Source of the DNA: an uncultured Methanosarcinales archaeon
GTDB taxonomy: Archaea > Nanobdellota > Nanobdellia > Woesearchaeales > GW2011-AR4
Assembly (NCBI GenBank): GCA_964469645.1
Contig: CAYXZV010000003.1
Span: forward strand, 8,538-72,537
Direction of reading: 5' to 3'
DNA: 64,000 bases
The number at the start of each line of letters is the position of its first letter. Positions within the stretch are counted from its first letter, which is position 1. Below the pieces are notes generated by a model. That model saw only the letters and a program-made list of their open reading frames with translations. It had not been told where the DNA came from and made no database searches. Positions 9,111 through 18,905 of the stretch are shown in pieces. Both the position numbers and the translations under genes were made by a program.

Positions 9111-9147
9111 AATTAGAAACATATTTAAATTGATATCTGTTAGTTTT
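9111..9147 (+). promoter_or_regulatory. Repeated promoter element AATTAGAAACATATTTAAAT-N-GTTAGTTT upstream of the glycosyltransferase-like gene at 9176
   Basis: About 80% identical to 16921-16956, upstream of the GT2 gene at 16962. Contains TATA-like ATATTTAAA. Confidence 0.45.
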
Positions 9148-9175
9148 ACCTATACAAATTGTGGCATGATTTATA

Positions 9176-10255
9176 ATGAATAAAGGACGATTATTAATCA
9201 TAGCTGAAAAGGAACGAGAGGTATACCATAGATTTTCAGTTATATTAAATAAGCATATGACCGTTAATGAGTTTTATATAGTGCAGAATCCTGATAAGCC
9301 GCCATTTCTCTTATCACGATGGATAAAAGTAATTAAATACTTTAATGGGACTTTTAGAACTCTCAACCCAGATAAAGTGTTGGTTTGCGGTGGCTCTTTA
9401 ATTTCAGTATGGCTTTTTGTTTTTTTGATTAAGTTGTTTAAGAAGAAAACAGAAATAATCTTTTTTAGATACGATATTGAAAATTTTAGGTTATTTCCAA
9501 AAGGTTTTATAAAAAAATTTATACGTTACTTAATTATTGTTTTAGAAAAATTTTGCTTTCTTTCATCACATAAATTCATTCATAAAGGCTTTTATGATGA
9601 ATTAAAGATGTTAAAATTCTATAATAAAATTAAAAATAAGCCACATTACTTGTTCAGAGACATGCTGGATAAATCATTAATCCAGAAATTTGGCCCAAGT
9701 AAAAAGCTGTCAAAAAGTGATAAAGAGATTCATGTCGTTTATGTTGGAGGTCTTAATGTTGATGATGGTCCCGATATGCCGTCTTTTTGGAAATTCATTC
9801 CGAAAATTACTGATCAGAAAATTCACTTCCATGTTTATTCAAGGCAACCTCGACATATTATAAACAAACTTAAAGAAACAGAAAAAAATAACAAATATTT
9901 TCATTATGAAGGTTTCGTGAACCATAGAGAGCTTATTAAAAAAATGGGGATGTATGACTTTTCAATAAGCATTGTTGATTACAAAAACACCCCCGTCGCT
10001 TGGCAAAAAAGTGCTTTTGGATTTAAGATTCTTGACTCAATAATGGCCGGAATTTTATATATAGCTCCGAACAATCTTACTGCTACTGCACAATTTTTAG
10101 AAAAGAACAAAGTAGGGATGTGTTATGATTATTCAAATTGGTATAAAATTAAACATCATATATCTAAGATTAAAGTGAAAAGTTATCAGAAAAATTTTGA
10201 AAAGTACATCTCCAACTATAATGAAAATGGGCTGATTGATTTTATACTAAACTAA
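9176..10255 (+). CDS. Putative glycosyltransferase (GT-B-like C-terminal domain), function uncertain
   Basis: 359 aa. The C-terminal half (HVVYVGGLNV...FKILDSIMAGILYIAPNN) resembles the GT4-type nucleotide-sugar-binding domain. It sits inside the glycan island. Confidence 0.3.
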   Translation: MNKGRLLIIAEKEREVYHRFSVILNKHMTVNEFYIVQNPDKPPFLLSRWIKVIKYFNGTFRTLNPDKVLVCGGSLISVWLFVFLIKLFKKKTEIIFFRYDIENFRLFPKGFIKKFIRYLIIVLEKFCFLSSHKFIHKGFYDELKMLKFYNKIKNKPHYLFRDMLDKSLIQKFGPSKKLSKSDKEIHVVYVGGLNVDDGPDMPSFWKFIPKITDQKIHFHVYSRQPRHIINKLKETEKNNKYFHYEGFVNHRELIKKMGMYDFSISIVDYKNTPVAWQKSAFGFKILDSIMAGILYIAPNNLTATAQFLEKNKVGMCYDYSNWYKIKHHISKIKVKSYQKNFEKYISNYNENGLIDFILN

Positions 10256-10275
10256 AAAGATCATTCAAGATAACA

Positions 10276-11220
10276 TTACAAACCTTTTGCGTCCAATTGT
10301 TTCTTAATTCGTTGCAAACCTTCGTCAATGTTTATTTTCGGTTCCCATTTGTTTGCTTCTTTTATAGCGCTTATATCTAATAAAAAACTTAAATCGTCCT
10401 TATTTACAGTTTCGAGTACAACGATCTCTTTTTGTGGATTAAAAAGTTTCTTAATCTTCTCAGCAAGGTTCTTTAATGATATTTTTTCATCACCACCTAT
10501 ATTAAATGTCTTACCATAACACGATTCATTTTTGATGGTAAGTAAAAGAACATCAATAAAATCATCGATATAAACAAAATCCTTATATCTATCAGGATCG
10601 TGATCGATTTTAATTGTATCGTGTAACGCTGAATAAATGAGCGCGTCAACAGTGTTTTTTTTAAGAGGAACACATTCAATACAACCATATACATTGCTTA
10701 TTCTCAAGCAGATTGTCTTCAATCCAAAACGTTGGTTAAAGAACTGGTAATACTTTTCTGACATTAGCTTAGCAAAACCGTAAACACTTGTCAGTTCTAA
10801 CATCGCATCTTCTTTAATGGGGAGTTTACAGTTTTTTGAATATTCAAGCCTAGAGCCAAAGTGAACTAAAATCGTATTCAAATCGTTTTCTTGACAGTAT
10901 TGAAGGAGTTTGAAGTTAAGTGTGACAATGTTTTGTTGGTAAGTTAAGTCATTTTTTTCAGCATGAATTAAATTTAATATAATATCTGTTTTATTTAGAT
11001 GCTCCTGTAAAGGCTCAAAATCTACAAGTGGGTCAAACGAGACAACATTTGCTATCTTATAGAGTTCAGGGTACTTAGCATGTTTATCTGATCCGTGCTC
11101 CGCATTTCTAGCAACAACAGTAACTTGTGCTCCGAGATTAACTAGTCTTTTAACAAGACTAGGTCCAACGTAACCAAAACCACCCAAAATTAAAATTTGC
11201 TTATCTACATAATATTTCAT
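10276..11220 (-). CDS. NAD-dependent epimerase/dehydratase (extended SDR)
   Basis: N-terminal Rossmann motif ILILGGFGYVGPSLVKRL. 314 aa. Confidence 0.65.
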   Translation of the reverse strand: MKYYVDKQILILGGFGYVGPSLVKRLVNLGAQVTVVARNAEHGSDKHAKYPELYKIANVVSFDPLVDFEPLQEHLNKTDIILNLIHAEKNDLTYQQNIVTLNFKLLQYCQENDLNTILVHFGSRLEYSKNCKLPIKEDAMLELTSVYGFAKLMSEKYYQFFNQRFGLKTICLRISNVYGCIECVPLKKNTVDALIYSALHDTIKIDHDPDRYKDFVYIDDFIDVLLLTIKNESCYGKTFNIGGDEKISLKNLAEKIKKLFNPQKEIVVLETVNKDDLSFLLDISAIKEANKWEPKINIDEGLQRIKKQLDAKGL

Positions 11221-11273
11221 CGTCTGTCAGAACACTAACCAACTTATAAAGATATCCATTTGTATGTCTAAAC

Positions 11274-12281
11274 TTATCCTAAACCAAGCTGCTTCATTCG
11301 TTTTATATTATGGTATATTGGATTGTTTACACCATCTTTGATTAAACCAGCATTATAGGCCTCAATGATACTTTTAATTCCATCTTCCACTGTAAACTTA
11401 GGTTTAAACCCAAGAACCTTTGCAATTTTATCTGAGTTAATATTGAAAGATCTGTTATCGTTGCTTTCAAAATACTCAAAAGTAATATCAGGGCCGCATA
11501 TTTTCTTAACAAGATTTGCTATTTCAGTTATAGAAAGATTCTGATATCCTGCATTGAACGACTGATGGTTAATTTTTTCCTTAGGCGCTTTCAGCATGAG
11601 CCCATATACTCTAACTATATCCTTGATATTGATATTTGGACGACACTGTTTTCCGCCAAATATTTTAATTTTTTTATTAACTAATGCGTTTATAGTGAGT
11701 ATATTCACAACTACATCCAATCTTAGCCTAGTAGCATAACCACATACAGTGGCAGACCTCACTGCCACCCATTCAAAATCATCCTTCAAGTTTCGCAATA
11801 CTTTCTCGCATTCAGCCTTGTACTTGGAATAATCTGTAATTGGCTCAAGAGAATCTTCCTCAACAACCTTTTCCTTATCCTTAATCCCATATACACTTGA
11901 TGTGCTTGCATACACCAGTCTTTTGATCTTATTGACTTTCATAGCTTCAACAACGTTAAAGAAAGCGTCATAATTTATTGATTTTCCAAGTTCTGGGTTC
12001 ATCTCAAAGCTAGGATCATTAGAAATGCACGCGAGATGTATCATCGCATCACATCCTTTAGAAGCTTCCACAAGTTTTTCTTTGTCTCTTATATCTCCTT
12101 TAATCTCAATCAATTTAGAATCGTTAATGTCCTTAAAAACCTCTCCGTAAGTGTAAAGGTCATAAACCACAACTTCATAACCTTTCTTTAGTAGATCAGG
12201 AACTAATGCAGATCCTACATAACCTGCGCCTCCTGTAATAAGTACTTTCTTTATTCCATTGCTATTAATTTCCATTTTCAT
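11274..12281 (-). CDS. NAD-dependent nucleotide-sugar epimerase/dehydratase (extended SDR)
   Basis: [29 protein letters not shown]. 335 aa. It overlaps the next gene by 17 nt. Confidence 0.7.
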   Translation of the reverse strand: MKMEINSNGIKKVLITGGAGYVGSALVPDLLKKGYEVVVYDLYTYGEVFKDINDSKLIEIKGDIRDKEKLVEASKGCDAMIHLACISNDPSFEMNPELGKSINYDAFFNVVEAMKVNKIKRLVYASTSSVYGIKDKEKVVEEDSLEPITDYSKYKAECEKVLRNLKDDFEWVAVRSATVCGYATRLRLDVVVNILTINALVNKKIKIFGGKQCRPNINIKDIVRVYGLMLKAPKEKINHQSFNAGYQNLSITEIANLVKKICGPDITFEYFESNDNRSFNINSDKIAKVLGFKPKFTVEDGIKSIIEAYNAGLIKDGVNNPIYHNIKRMKQLGLG

Positions 12282-13266
12282 CTCCTAAATACTTAAACCA
12301 TTTTTCGGTTGCTTTTTTGATGGATTTTTTATCCCAAAGAGGAGCATCTTTCCAATAATCAATATTATCCAGCATGATCTTTACACCCTCTTCAAAAGAA
12401 ACTTCAGGCTTCCATTTAAGAATTTTACTGGCTTTTGTAATATCTGCATGCGTAATATCTGGCTCCCCTGGTCTTTTAGGAATTTGTACTGTAGGACCTC
12501 CAATTAGTTTTGCAAGGTAATTGACTGATTGAGGGTTTTGAGTTCCAATATTTATTATCTCTCCATTTACATCAGACTCAGCAGCAATTAAATTTGCTTT
12601 AGTCGTATCAGTTACATAGATAAAATCCCGAGTCTGAGTGCCGTCACCAACAATAGTTAGCGGCTTATTTTCGAGCTTTTGCTTTAAGAACACCTTAAAG
12701 ACTGCTCCATAAGTGTTATTAGTCCTTGCCCTTGTACCATAGACATTAAAGTACCTCAAAGAGATGACTGGAAGTTTATAAAGTTTATTCCAAAATAATG
12801 CATACTGTTCTGAAATATACTTTGTAAAGGCATAAGGATATTGTGGCCTTACCTCTGCCGTTTCCGGAGTAGGGTATTTGTCTGGTATCCCATAACATGA
12901 AGATGATGCGCTAAATACTAATTTTTTTATGTTATGCTTTCTGGAAGCTTCCAAAACTCTTATAGTTCCAGTAACATTTGCATTATGGTATTTGGTGGGC
13001 TCTTCAATTGAAGGCACAATATCGGCCAATGCTGCCATATGAAAAACATAATCAGTATCTTTGAATAAAGAGTCATCGAATTCTTTAGAAATATCAATCT
13101 CATAAAATTTATATTTGGGATCGTCTTTAAAGATATCCACATTATCTTTCTGTCCATTGGAAAAATCATCAATACCTGTAACCTCATAGCCCTTATCCAG
13201 CAGAAGCTCTGCCATATGACTTCCAATGAATCCTGCACAACCTGTCACAATAGCTTTTTTATCCAT
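12265..13266 (-). CDS. NAD-dependent nucleotide-sugar epimerase/dehydratase (UDP-glucose 4-epimerase / ADP-heptose 6-epimerase-like)
   Basis: AIVTGCAGFIGSHMAELLLDKGYEVTGIDDFSNG. 333 aa. It lies next to the heptose genes, so it is a candidate HldD. Confidence 0.7.
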   Translation of the reverse strand: MDKKAIVTGCAGFIGSHMAELLLDKGYEVTGIDDFSNGQKDNVDIFKDDPKYKFYEIDISKEFDDSLFKDTDYVFHMAALADIVPSIEEPTKYHNANVTGTIRVLEASRKHNIKKLVFSASSSCYGIPDKYPTPETAEVRPQYPYAFTKYISEQYALFWNKLYKLPVISLRYFNVYGTRARTNNTYGAVFKVFLKQKLENKPLTIVGDGTQTRDFIYVTDTTKANLIAAESDVNGEIINIGTQNPQSVNYLAKLIGGPTVQIPKRPGEPDITHADITKASKILKWKPEVSFEEGVKIMLDNIDYWKDAPLWDKKSIKKATEKWFKYLGDENGN

Positions 13267-13393
13267 GCCCTAATTGGGTAATTATGTCCATTCTTAAATC
13301 TTTTCATAAACCAGGATGTATCAATAATTCATAAAGTATTTAAAAGCTCCAGAGTTTTTTACACTGGAAAATGCATCAGAATAAGAGAGTGCA

Positions 13394-14005
13394 ATGTTAA
13401 TGATGGACAACAAGCAATATATTAAAAAATATTTTTCCGATATGAAGGAAGTGATTGAAAAGCTGTCAATGGATGACATAGATAAGGTCATAGACATTCT
13501 TTTTGAAGCGTGGAAAAACGGAAATAAAGTATATACTATGGGCAATGGAGGTTCAGCTTCCACAGCCACTCATCTTGCAGCAGACCTGGCTAAATCCGCT
13601 ATAGTTAAGGGCAAGAAAAGGTTTAAGGTTATTGGATTGACCGACAACATACCATTAATGAGCGCTTGGACTAACGACAATGGTTTTGAAAACCTGTTTA
13701 CGGGACAGCTTGAAAACCTTATTGAGCCGGGAGATGTCCTTATAGGATTCTCTGTTCATGGTGGGGCAGGTTCCGGCAATGCCGGCGCATGGTCTCAAAA
13801 CCTTCTGAAAGCCATGAAATTTACCAAAGAAAAAGGTGGGAAAAATATAGGGTTTTCGGGTTTTGACGGAGGTTTATTTAAAGAATTCGCTGATGCGTGT
13901 GTAGTTGTTCCGATAAACTCCACCCCTCAAGTAGAGGCATTTCATGTTGTTCTTCACCACCTCATCGTCTTTGGCCTTAAGGAAAAAATCAAGGATGAAG
14001 GATAA
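13394..14005 (+). CDS. gmhA: SIS-domain sedoheptulose-7-phosphate isomerase (phosphoheptose isomerase)
   Basis: VYTMGNGGSASTATHLAADLAK...DVLIGFSVHGGAG is the GmhA SIS motif set. Confidence 0.75.
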   Translation: MLMMDNKQYIKKYFSDMKEVIEKLSMDDIDKVIDILFEAWKNGNKVYTMGNGGSASTATHLAADLAKSAIVKGKKRFKVIGLTDNIPLMSAWTNDNGFENLFTGQLENLIEPGDVLIGFSVHGGAGSGNAGAWSQNLLKAMKFTKEKGGKNIGFSGFDGGLFKEFADACVVVPINSTPQVEAFHVVLHHLIVFGLKEKIKDEG

Positions 14006-14014
14006 TAAAATAAT

Positions 14015-14026
14015 AACCTTTTTAAA
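14015..14026 (+). promoter_or_regulatory. BRE/TATA box AACCTTTTTAAA upstream of the transaldolase gene
   Basis: Recurrent motif; ATG at 14087. Confidence 0.4.
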
Positions 14027-14086
14027 TCAATAGACGTTGTTTTTATAGATGACTAACTTAAAAATAAAAATTTATCTTGGGGAAAA

Positions 14087-14734
14087 ATGGAAATTTTTGT
14101 AGATACTGCTTCTTTAGAAGACTTAAAAGAACTTTTAAGTTGGGGTATAGTATCTGGATGTACTACAAACCCAAAAATCTGTGCTGAAGAAGGTGCAGAT
14201 TTTGAGACTAGAATGAAAGAGATACTTTCATTAGTCAAGGGACCGGTGAGTATAGAAGTTACAACAAATGATTATGATTTAATGGTAGAAGAAGCAAAAA
14301 AATACGCTTCATGGAGTAAAAATGCTGTAATAAAGGTTCCAATGAATGTTCCTGGCCTAAAGGCTGTAAAAACTCTAAAAGAGAATGGTATAAAAACAAA
14401 TGTGACTGCATGTATGTCAGCAAAACAGGCAATTCTTCCTGCGCTGGCAGGGGCTGATTATGTAAGCCTTTTCTGGGCAAGAATAGAGGATATGGGTTAT
14501 AATGCTCAAACTATTGCTGAAGAAACTGTTAAGGTTTTCAAGGATAACAATGTAAAGTCAAAAATAATACTTGGTAGTTTTAGGCAGATCTCCCACATAA
14601 ACCGGGCAATGTTGACTGGTGCGCAAGTTCTTACAATACCCCCAAAAATATTAAAAGAGATGGTAAGCAATCCAAGAACTACAGAAACTATACAAGAATT
14701 TTTAGATTATTGGGAGAAATTTAAAGATAAATAA
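14087..14734 (+). CDS. tal: Transaldolase / fructose-6-phosphate aldolase family (short archaeal type)
   Basis: MEIFVDTASLEDLKELLSWGIVSGCTTNPKI and a 215-aa length are typical of MipB/FSA-type transaldolases. It is the likely source of sedoheptulose-7-P for the adjacent heptose pathway. Confidence 0.8.
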   Translation: MEIFVDTASLEDLKELLSWGIVSGCTTNPKICAEEGADFETRMKEILSLVKGPVSIEVTTNDYDLMVEEAKKYASWSKNAVIKVPMNVPGLKAVKTLKENGIKTNVTACMSAKQAILPALAGADYVSLFWARIEDMGYNAQTIAEETVKVFKDNNVKSKIILGSFRQISHINRAMLTGAQVLTIPPKILKEMVSNPRTTETIQEFLDYWEKFKDK

Positions 14735-14754
14735 GGTTTAGAAAACTTCTCAAA

Positions 14755-15798
14755 ATGGAAAATCAGGGATTAGACGAAATAAAAAAGAAATATCCTATAG
14801 AACGTGTAAAGGAGATAATATCACAATTTAAAAATATTAAGACACTTGTAATAGGAGATACAATAATTGATGAGTATCATTTTACACGTAGCAAGGGCAG
14901 GGCAACTAAAGATCCGATCCTTTCTGTAGATTACGTAAGGCATGAAGCTTATGCTGGAGGTATTCTGGCAATTGCAAACCATATTAGTGGATTTGTAGAT
15001 GAAGTCGCGTGTGTTACCCTCCTTGGAGACCATGAAGACAAAAAAGACCTTATCATGAAATCTCTGAACAAGAATGTTTCTTTAAAATTCTTTGTTAAGA
15101 AGAACACTCCAACAACTATAAAAAAGAGGTATTTGAATATTACTCATAATGAAAAACTATTCAAAGTGGAGCACATCAATGATGTTCCAATTTCCGGGCA
15201 TCTTGAACAGGAATTCATAGATTATTTGGAACAAGAATTGCCTAAATATGATATGGTTTTCGTTGGAGACTTCGGCCACGGACTAATTACAAGCAAGATT
15301 ATAAAGGTTTTAGAAGAAAAATCAAAATATTTGGCTGTCAATGTACAATCCAATAGCACCAATCTCGGATTCAACTATGTAACCAAATATAATTCTCCAA
15401 CTTTCCTTACTATGGATGTCCAGGAACTAAGATATGCAGTGGAAGATCGATTCAGTGATGTTCCTGCACTTATGAATAATCTGCATAAGACAACTGGTTT
15501 CAACAAATTCCTAGTCACCATGAGTAAAGATGGTTCAGGCTATTTCAATTCTGGAAAGCAGGGTTTTTTTCCCGCATTTGTTATGAAACCGCAAGATACT
15601 GTAGGGGCTGGAGACGCTGTTTTTTCTATAATACCTTTATTTGATTACCATAATTGTGGTGATGTCATACCTTTCATAGCAAACTGCATTGGAGGTATTG
15701 CTGTCTCCTATATGGGAAATAAGAACTCTGTAACAAAAAAGAGCTTATTGGACTTTATTGAAGAAGTATATAACGGAAATAAGAAAATCAATAACTAA
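14755..15798 (+). CDS. PfkB-family sugar kinase, heptose-7-phosphate 1-kinase (HldE domain I / RfaE-I-like)
   Basis: PfkB signature near the C-terminus (DTVGAGDAVFS) and N-terminal LVIGDTIIDEY typical of RfaE domain I. Confidence 0.6.
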   Translation: MENQGLDEIKKKYPIERVKEIISQFKNIKTLVIGDTIIDEYHFTRSKGRATKDPILSVDYVRHEAYAGGILAIANHISGFVDEVACVTLLGDHEDKKDLIMKSLNKNVSLKFFVKKNTPTTIKKRYLNITHNEKLFKVEHINDVPISGHLEQEFIDYLEQELPKYDMVFVGDFGHGLITSKIIKVLEEKSKYLAVNVQSNSTNLGFNYVTKYNSPTFLTMDVQELRYAVEDRFSDVPALMNNLHKTTGFNKFLVTMSKDGSGYFNSGKQGFFPAFVMKPQDTVGAGDAVFSIIPLFDYHNCGDVIPFIANCIGGIAVSYMGNKNSVTKKSLLDFIEEVYNGNKKINN

Positions 15799-16856
15799 AT
15801 ATCATCAAATTCTTTTTTCAATGCGCTGTAATTCTTACCTGTGACATCTATGAATTTGACTTTGAGGTTTCTAGCCAGACCGGCATCATCTTGATTATTA
15901 CCGATAATAACAATCTTGTCAAAATTCTTTATATTTTTGTTAAGTTCCTGCAGGGCTTCCATCAGCATATCCTGGCTTGGTTTTCTTCTAGATTTTTCTT
16001 TAACAAATTCTGGCACAAATTTAACATCTTTCATGGAGTCTGCATAGGTTGCATCAACATCAGGGCAAAACTTCCAATTATCTATTATAATGCCTCTCTT
16101 CCTCAATAAATCATCAATATAATCGTTCACTGATTTAAATGTTGCAACATCAAAATATCCGCGCGCAACTCCTTGCTGGTTACTCATAACAACTTTTACC
16201 GTATCATAAATTGTTTGTATGTACATAACGAAATCAAGAACATCATCTTTCAGTACTACCTGATTACGCCAATTTTTATCTTTTCCAAGATATAGCACAT
16301 CCTCTATAAGGGTCCCATCACGGTCAATCCCCAAAAGTATCTTTTCACGCTTGACATGGTCTTGTATATGTTTTATTATCTCTGTTGAAGAAAGTTTTTG
16401 ATCTGTAGTATATTTTATCTCTCCTCCTACTTCTTTTATTGCTTTCCTATCTGACGTTATGCCTGGAGTATTTTTATTTGCATAATCCGGTCCTTTAATA
16501 AATACATTAGGTTTTATCAGATATATAACTTTATCTGCAGTCAGATAGTTACTGATAAAAACATAATCAACTGTTTTTATTTGGCTAACAGAATATGCCC
16601 TCATCTGTTCATCAAAAACAGGTTTTCTTTTTTTTCTTTTTTCTACGTATTTATCAGATGTTATTCCAACTACAAGAACATCGCAATATTTTTTTGCGCT
16701 AATAAAATGAGCAACGTGTCCAGGATGTAAGAGATCAAAAGCTCCAACACATAATCCGATTATTTTATTATCTTTCTTCAAATTAGAAATAACAGTAATT
16801 AATGCTTCCTCCGTTAAGAAATTGGGAGAATTGTAACTACCTTTTACCTGAGTCAT
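15795..16856 (-). CDS. Bifunctional heptose-1-phosphate adenylyltransferase (HldE domain II, HxGH cytidylyltransferase fold) fused to a GmhB-like HAD phosphatase
   Basis: N-terminus LCVGAFDLLHPGHVAHF (HxGH nucleotidyltransferase). C-terminal half has HAD motifs LGIDRDGTLI, SNQQG, KPSQDML and IGNNQDD as in D,D-heptose-1,7-bisphosphate phosphatase. Confidence 0.6.
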   Translation of the reverse strand: MTQVKGSYNSPNFLTEEALITVISNLKKDNKIIGLCVGAFDLLHPGHVAHFISAKKYCDVLVVGITSDKYVEKRKKRKPVFDEQMRAYSVSQIKTVDYVFISNYLTADKVIYLIKPNVFIKGPDYANKNTPGITSDRKAIKEVGGEIKYTTDQKLSSTEIIKHIQDHVKREKILLGIDRDGTLIEDVLYLGKDKNWRNQVVLKDDVLDFVMYIQTIYDTVKVVMSNQQGVARGYFDVATFKSVNDYIDDLLRKRGIIIDNWKFCPDVDATYADSMKDVKFVPEFVKEKSRRKPSQDMLMEALQELNKNIKNFDKIVIIGNNQDDAGLARNLKVKFIDVTGKNYSALKKEFDDI

Positions 16857-16920
16857 AGGCAGTAAATAACTCGGGAGGTTATAAAAATATTACTGTTTTA
16901 GTAAATGGGCTTATGAGTAA

Positions 16921-16956
16921 GATTAGAAACATATTTAAATCGACATGGGTTAGTTT
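16921..16956 (+). promoter_or_regulatory. Second copy of promoter element GATTAGAAACATATTTAAAT-N-GTTAGTTT, about 27 nt upstream of the ATG at 16962
   Basis: Near-identical to 9111-9147. Confidence 0.45.
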
Positions 16957-16961
16957 CTTGC

Positions 16962-17846
16962 ATGGAAATAGTAGTAACAATACCTGCATATAACGAGGAA
17001 GACACCATAGGTAGAGTAATCAGTAATATTAACGAAGTGATGAAAAGCAATAGGTACAGCTACAAAATCCTTGTCACCGATGATGGCAGCAAAGATAAGA
17101 CCGCAGAAGTGGCAAAAAAAGCAGGTGCCGTAGTTTACTCTCACCCAAAAAATTACGGGCTGGCTGAGACATTTACAACAGAAGTAGAGGAAGCCCTTAA
17201 ATTAGGTGCTGATGTGATTGTACACATAGATGCTGATACTCAATACAAGCCAGAAGAGATACCTAAGCTAATTAATGAAATAGACAAGGGATATGATCTT
17301 GTCTTAGGCAGCAGGTTTAAAGGTACTATTGAGAGTATGCCCTTCATAAAAAAAGCTGGTAACAGGGCTTTCTCAAGGGTCATCTCCAATATAACTGGAA
17401 TAGAGATTTCTGATGCTCAAACCGGATTTAGGGCTTTTACTAAGGAGGTTGCTGAAAGGATAAAAATTACTTCTGGGCACACTTACACACAAGAGCAGAT
17501 TATAAGGGCTGTAAAGGAAAAATTCAGGATAAAAGAAGTTCCAGTGTATTTTGCAAAAAGAAAGGATAAAAGTAGGCTCATATCCAACCCGTTCGAATAT
17601 GCAATAAGGGCATGGATTAATATTATAAGGATTTACAGGGATTACGAACCGCTTAAATTTTTTGGTGTAATGGGGACATTGATATTCCTTACGGGATTTA
17701 TTCTAGGGCTTTATCTGACCTACATTCAGATATTTGGAGAAGGTGTCAACAGGCATTTGGGATTGATGACGTTGGACATACTTGTTCTAAGTATTGGATT
17801 ACAGATAATAATATTCGGATTTATTGCTGACATGCTCAGAAAATAA
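16962..17846 (+). CDS. GT2 glycosyltransferase, dolichyl-phosphate mannose/glucose synthase-like
   Basis: VVTIPAYNEEDTIGRVI...LVTDDGSKDKTAEVAK...DADTQ (DxD), with a C-terminal TM anchor. Confidence 0.75.
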   Translation: MEIVVTIPAYNEEDTIGRVISNINEVMKSNRYSYKILVTDDGSKDKTAEVAKKAGAVVYSHPKNYGLAETFTTEVEEALKLGADVIVHIDADTQYKPEEIPKLINEIDKGYDLVLGSRFKGTIESMPFIKKAGNRAFSRVISNITGIEISDAQTGFRAFTKEVAERIKITSGHTYTQEQIIRAVKEKFRIKEVPVYFAKRKDKSRLISNPFEYAIRAWINIIRIYRDYEPLKFFGVMGTLIFLTGFILGLYLTYIQIFGEGVNRHLGLMTLDILVLSIGLQIIIFGFIADMLRK

Positions 17847-17849
17847 ATA

Positions 17850-18905
17850 TTATTTTTTGATCCTCTTATAAGCTTCTCTTAATGTAACAAATTCTACATC
17901 ATCATGTTTTTTTGCAAATGATATGAATGAGTCTAAATCTCTCAATGCCTGCACATATTTACCATCTTTGGTTGTAGCTTCTGAGCTATGTGTCATGACG
18001 ACAAAAGGGAAGGGTTTTTTTGATCTGTCTGCTTTCTTGTAATATTCTGCAAATGCTTTGTTAAGCAAAACAAAATATATTGGGTCAGCTCTCATCTTTG
18101 AACCAAAAAAATCAAATGTTGCTATTGGTATTTCAGTAATATCTGAGTTATTGTGTTTTGTTTCTTGGTAGTTGGTTGTGCTAAGTTTCCAATGGTAATG
18201 GCCGTTTACCTTGCTCCAGTCATATTTCATTGTATCACCAGTATGCCCTTTGATGCCAGGAATTGCAGAGCTGTCAATCTTAAAACCGACCTTATCTAAT
18301 GCTTTCGCCCCTCCGGAATCCAAGGCCCAATTACCCCATCTAAAGCTTATAAGGTCTTTGGCAACAGTTTTCCCAAGGTTTTCTTTTATCAATTCTTTTC
18401 CGGCTTTTATAATCCTTAATTTCTCTTCATAATTGTAAAAAAAGGCGCTTGTCGCACCATATTTTTTTGAAAGCTTCTTTTGTATTGAAAAATCAGAGTC
18501 AGCGTGTGAATGCAGCCCAATCTCATGCCCTTTCTTAATTACATTTTTAAGTTCCTTAGTTATTTGATTGTAGGCCTTTCCTTCAGCTGAAAAACACTGC
18601 GTAGAAAGAAAAAAAGTTGTCTTGATCCCATGTTTATCGAAAACTTTCATAAGGTTTCTTATACCATAATAATAGCCTTGAAACGCAGCAGGATTTTCTA
18701 TTTGCCATACTCTTCTTTCACTTGACTCGACATATCCTGATTCTGTATCTGTAGTTATTACAACAAGAAAGGGGTATTTTTTTGGAAGCTTGCCAGGAAG
18801 GTTTCTTACTTTTACTCCAACCGATAAAATTCGTAAGATTATCCTTCCAAAGAAACTGGAAAAAAATCTATACCATAGTAATCGCATTTTTAGGGCTGTT
18901 TTCAT
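17850..18905 (-). CDS. Polysaccharide deacetylase (CE4) family protein
   Basis: GHEIGLHSH matches CE4 motif 2 (GHEIGxH[ST]xxH). 351 aa with an N-terminal hydrophobic segment. Confidence 0.5.
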   Translation of the reverse strand: MKTALKMRLLWYRFFSSFFGRIILRILSVGVKVRNLPGKLPKKYPFLVVITTDTESGYVESSERRVWQIENPAAFQGYYYGIRNLMKVFDKHGIKTTFFLSTQCFSAEGKAYNQITKELKNVIKKGHEIGLHSHADSDFSIQKKLSKKYGATSAFFYNYEEKLRIIKAGKELIKENLGKTVAKDLISFRWGNWALDSGGAKALDKVGFKIDSSAIPGIKGHTGDTMKYDWSKVNGHYHWKLSTTNYQETKHNNSDITEIPIATFDFFGSKMRADPIYFVLLNKAFAEYYKKADRSKKPFPFVVMTHSSEATTKDGKYVQALRDLDSFISFAKKHDDVEFVTLREAYKRIKK

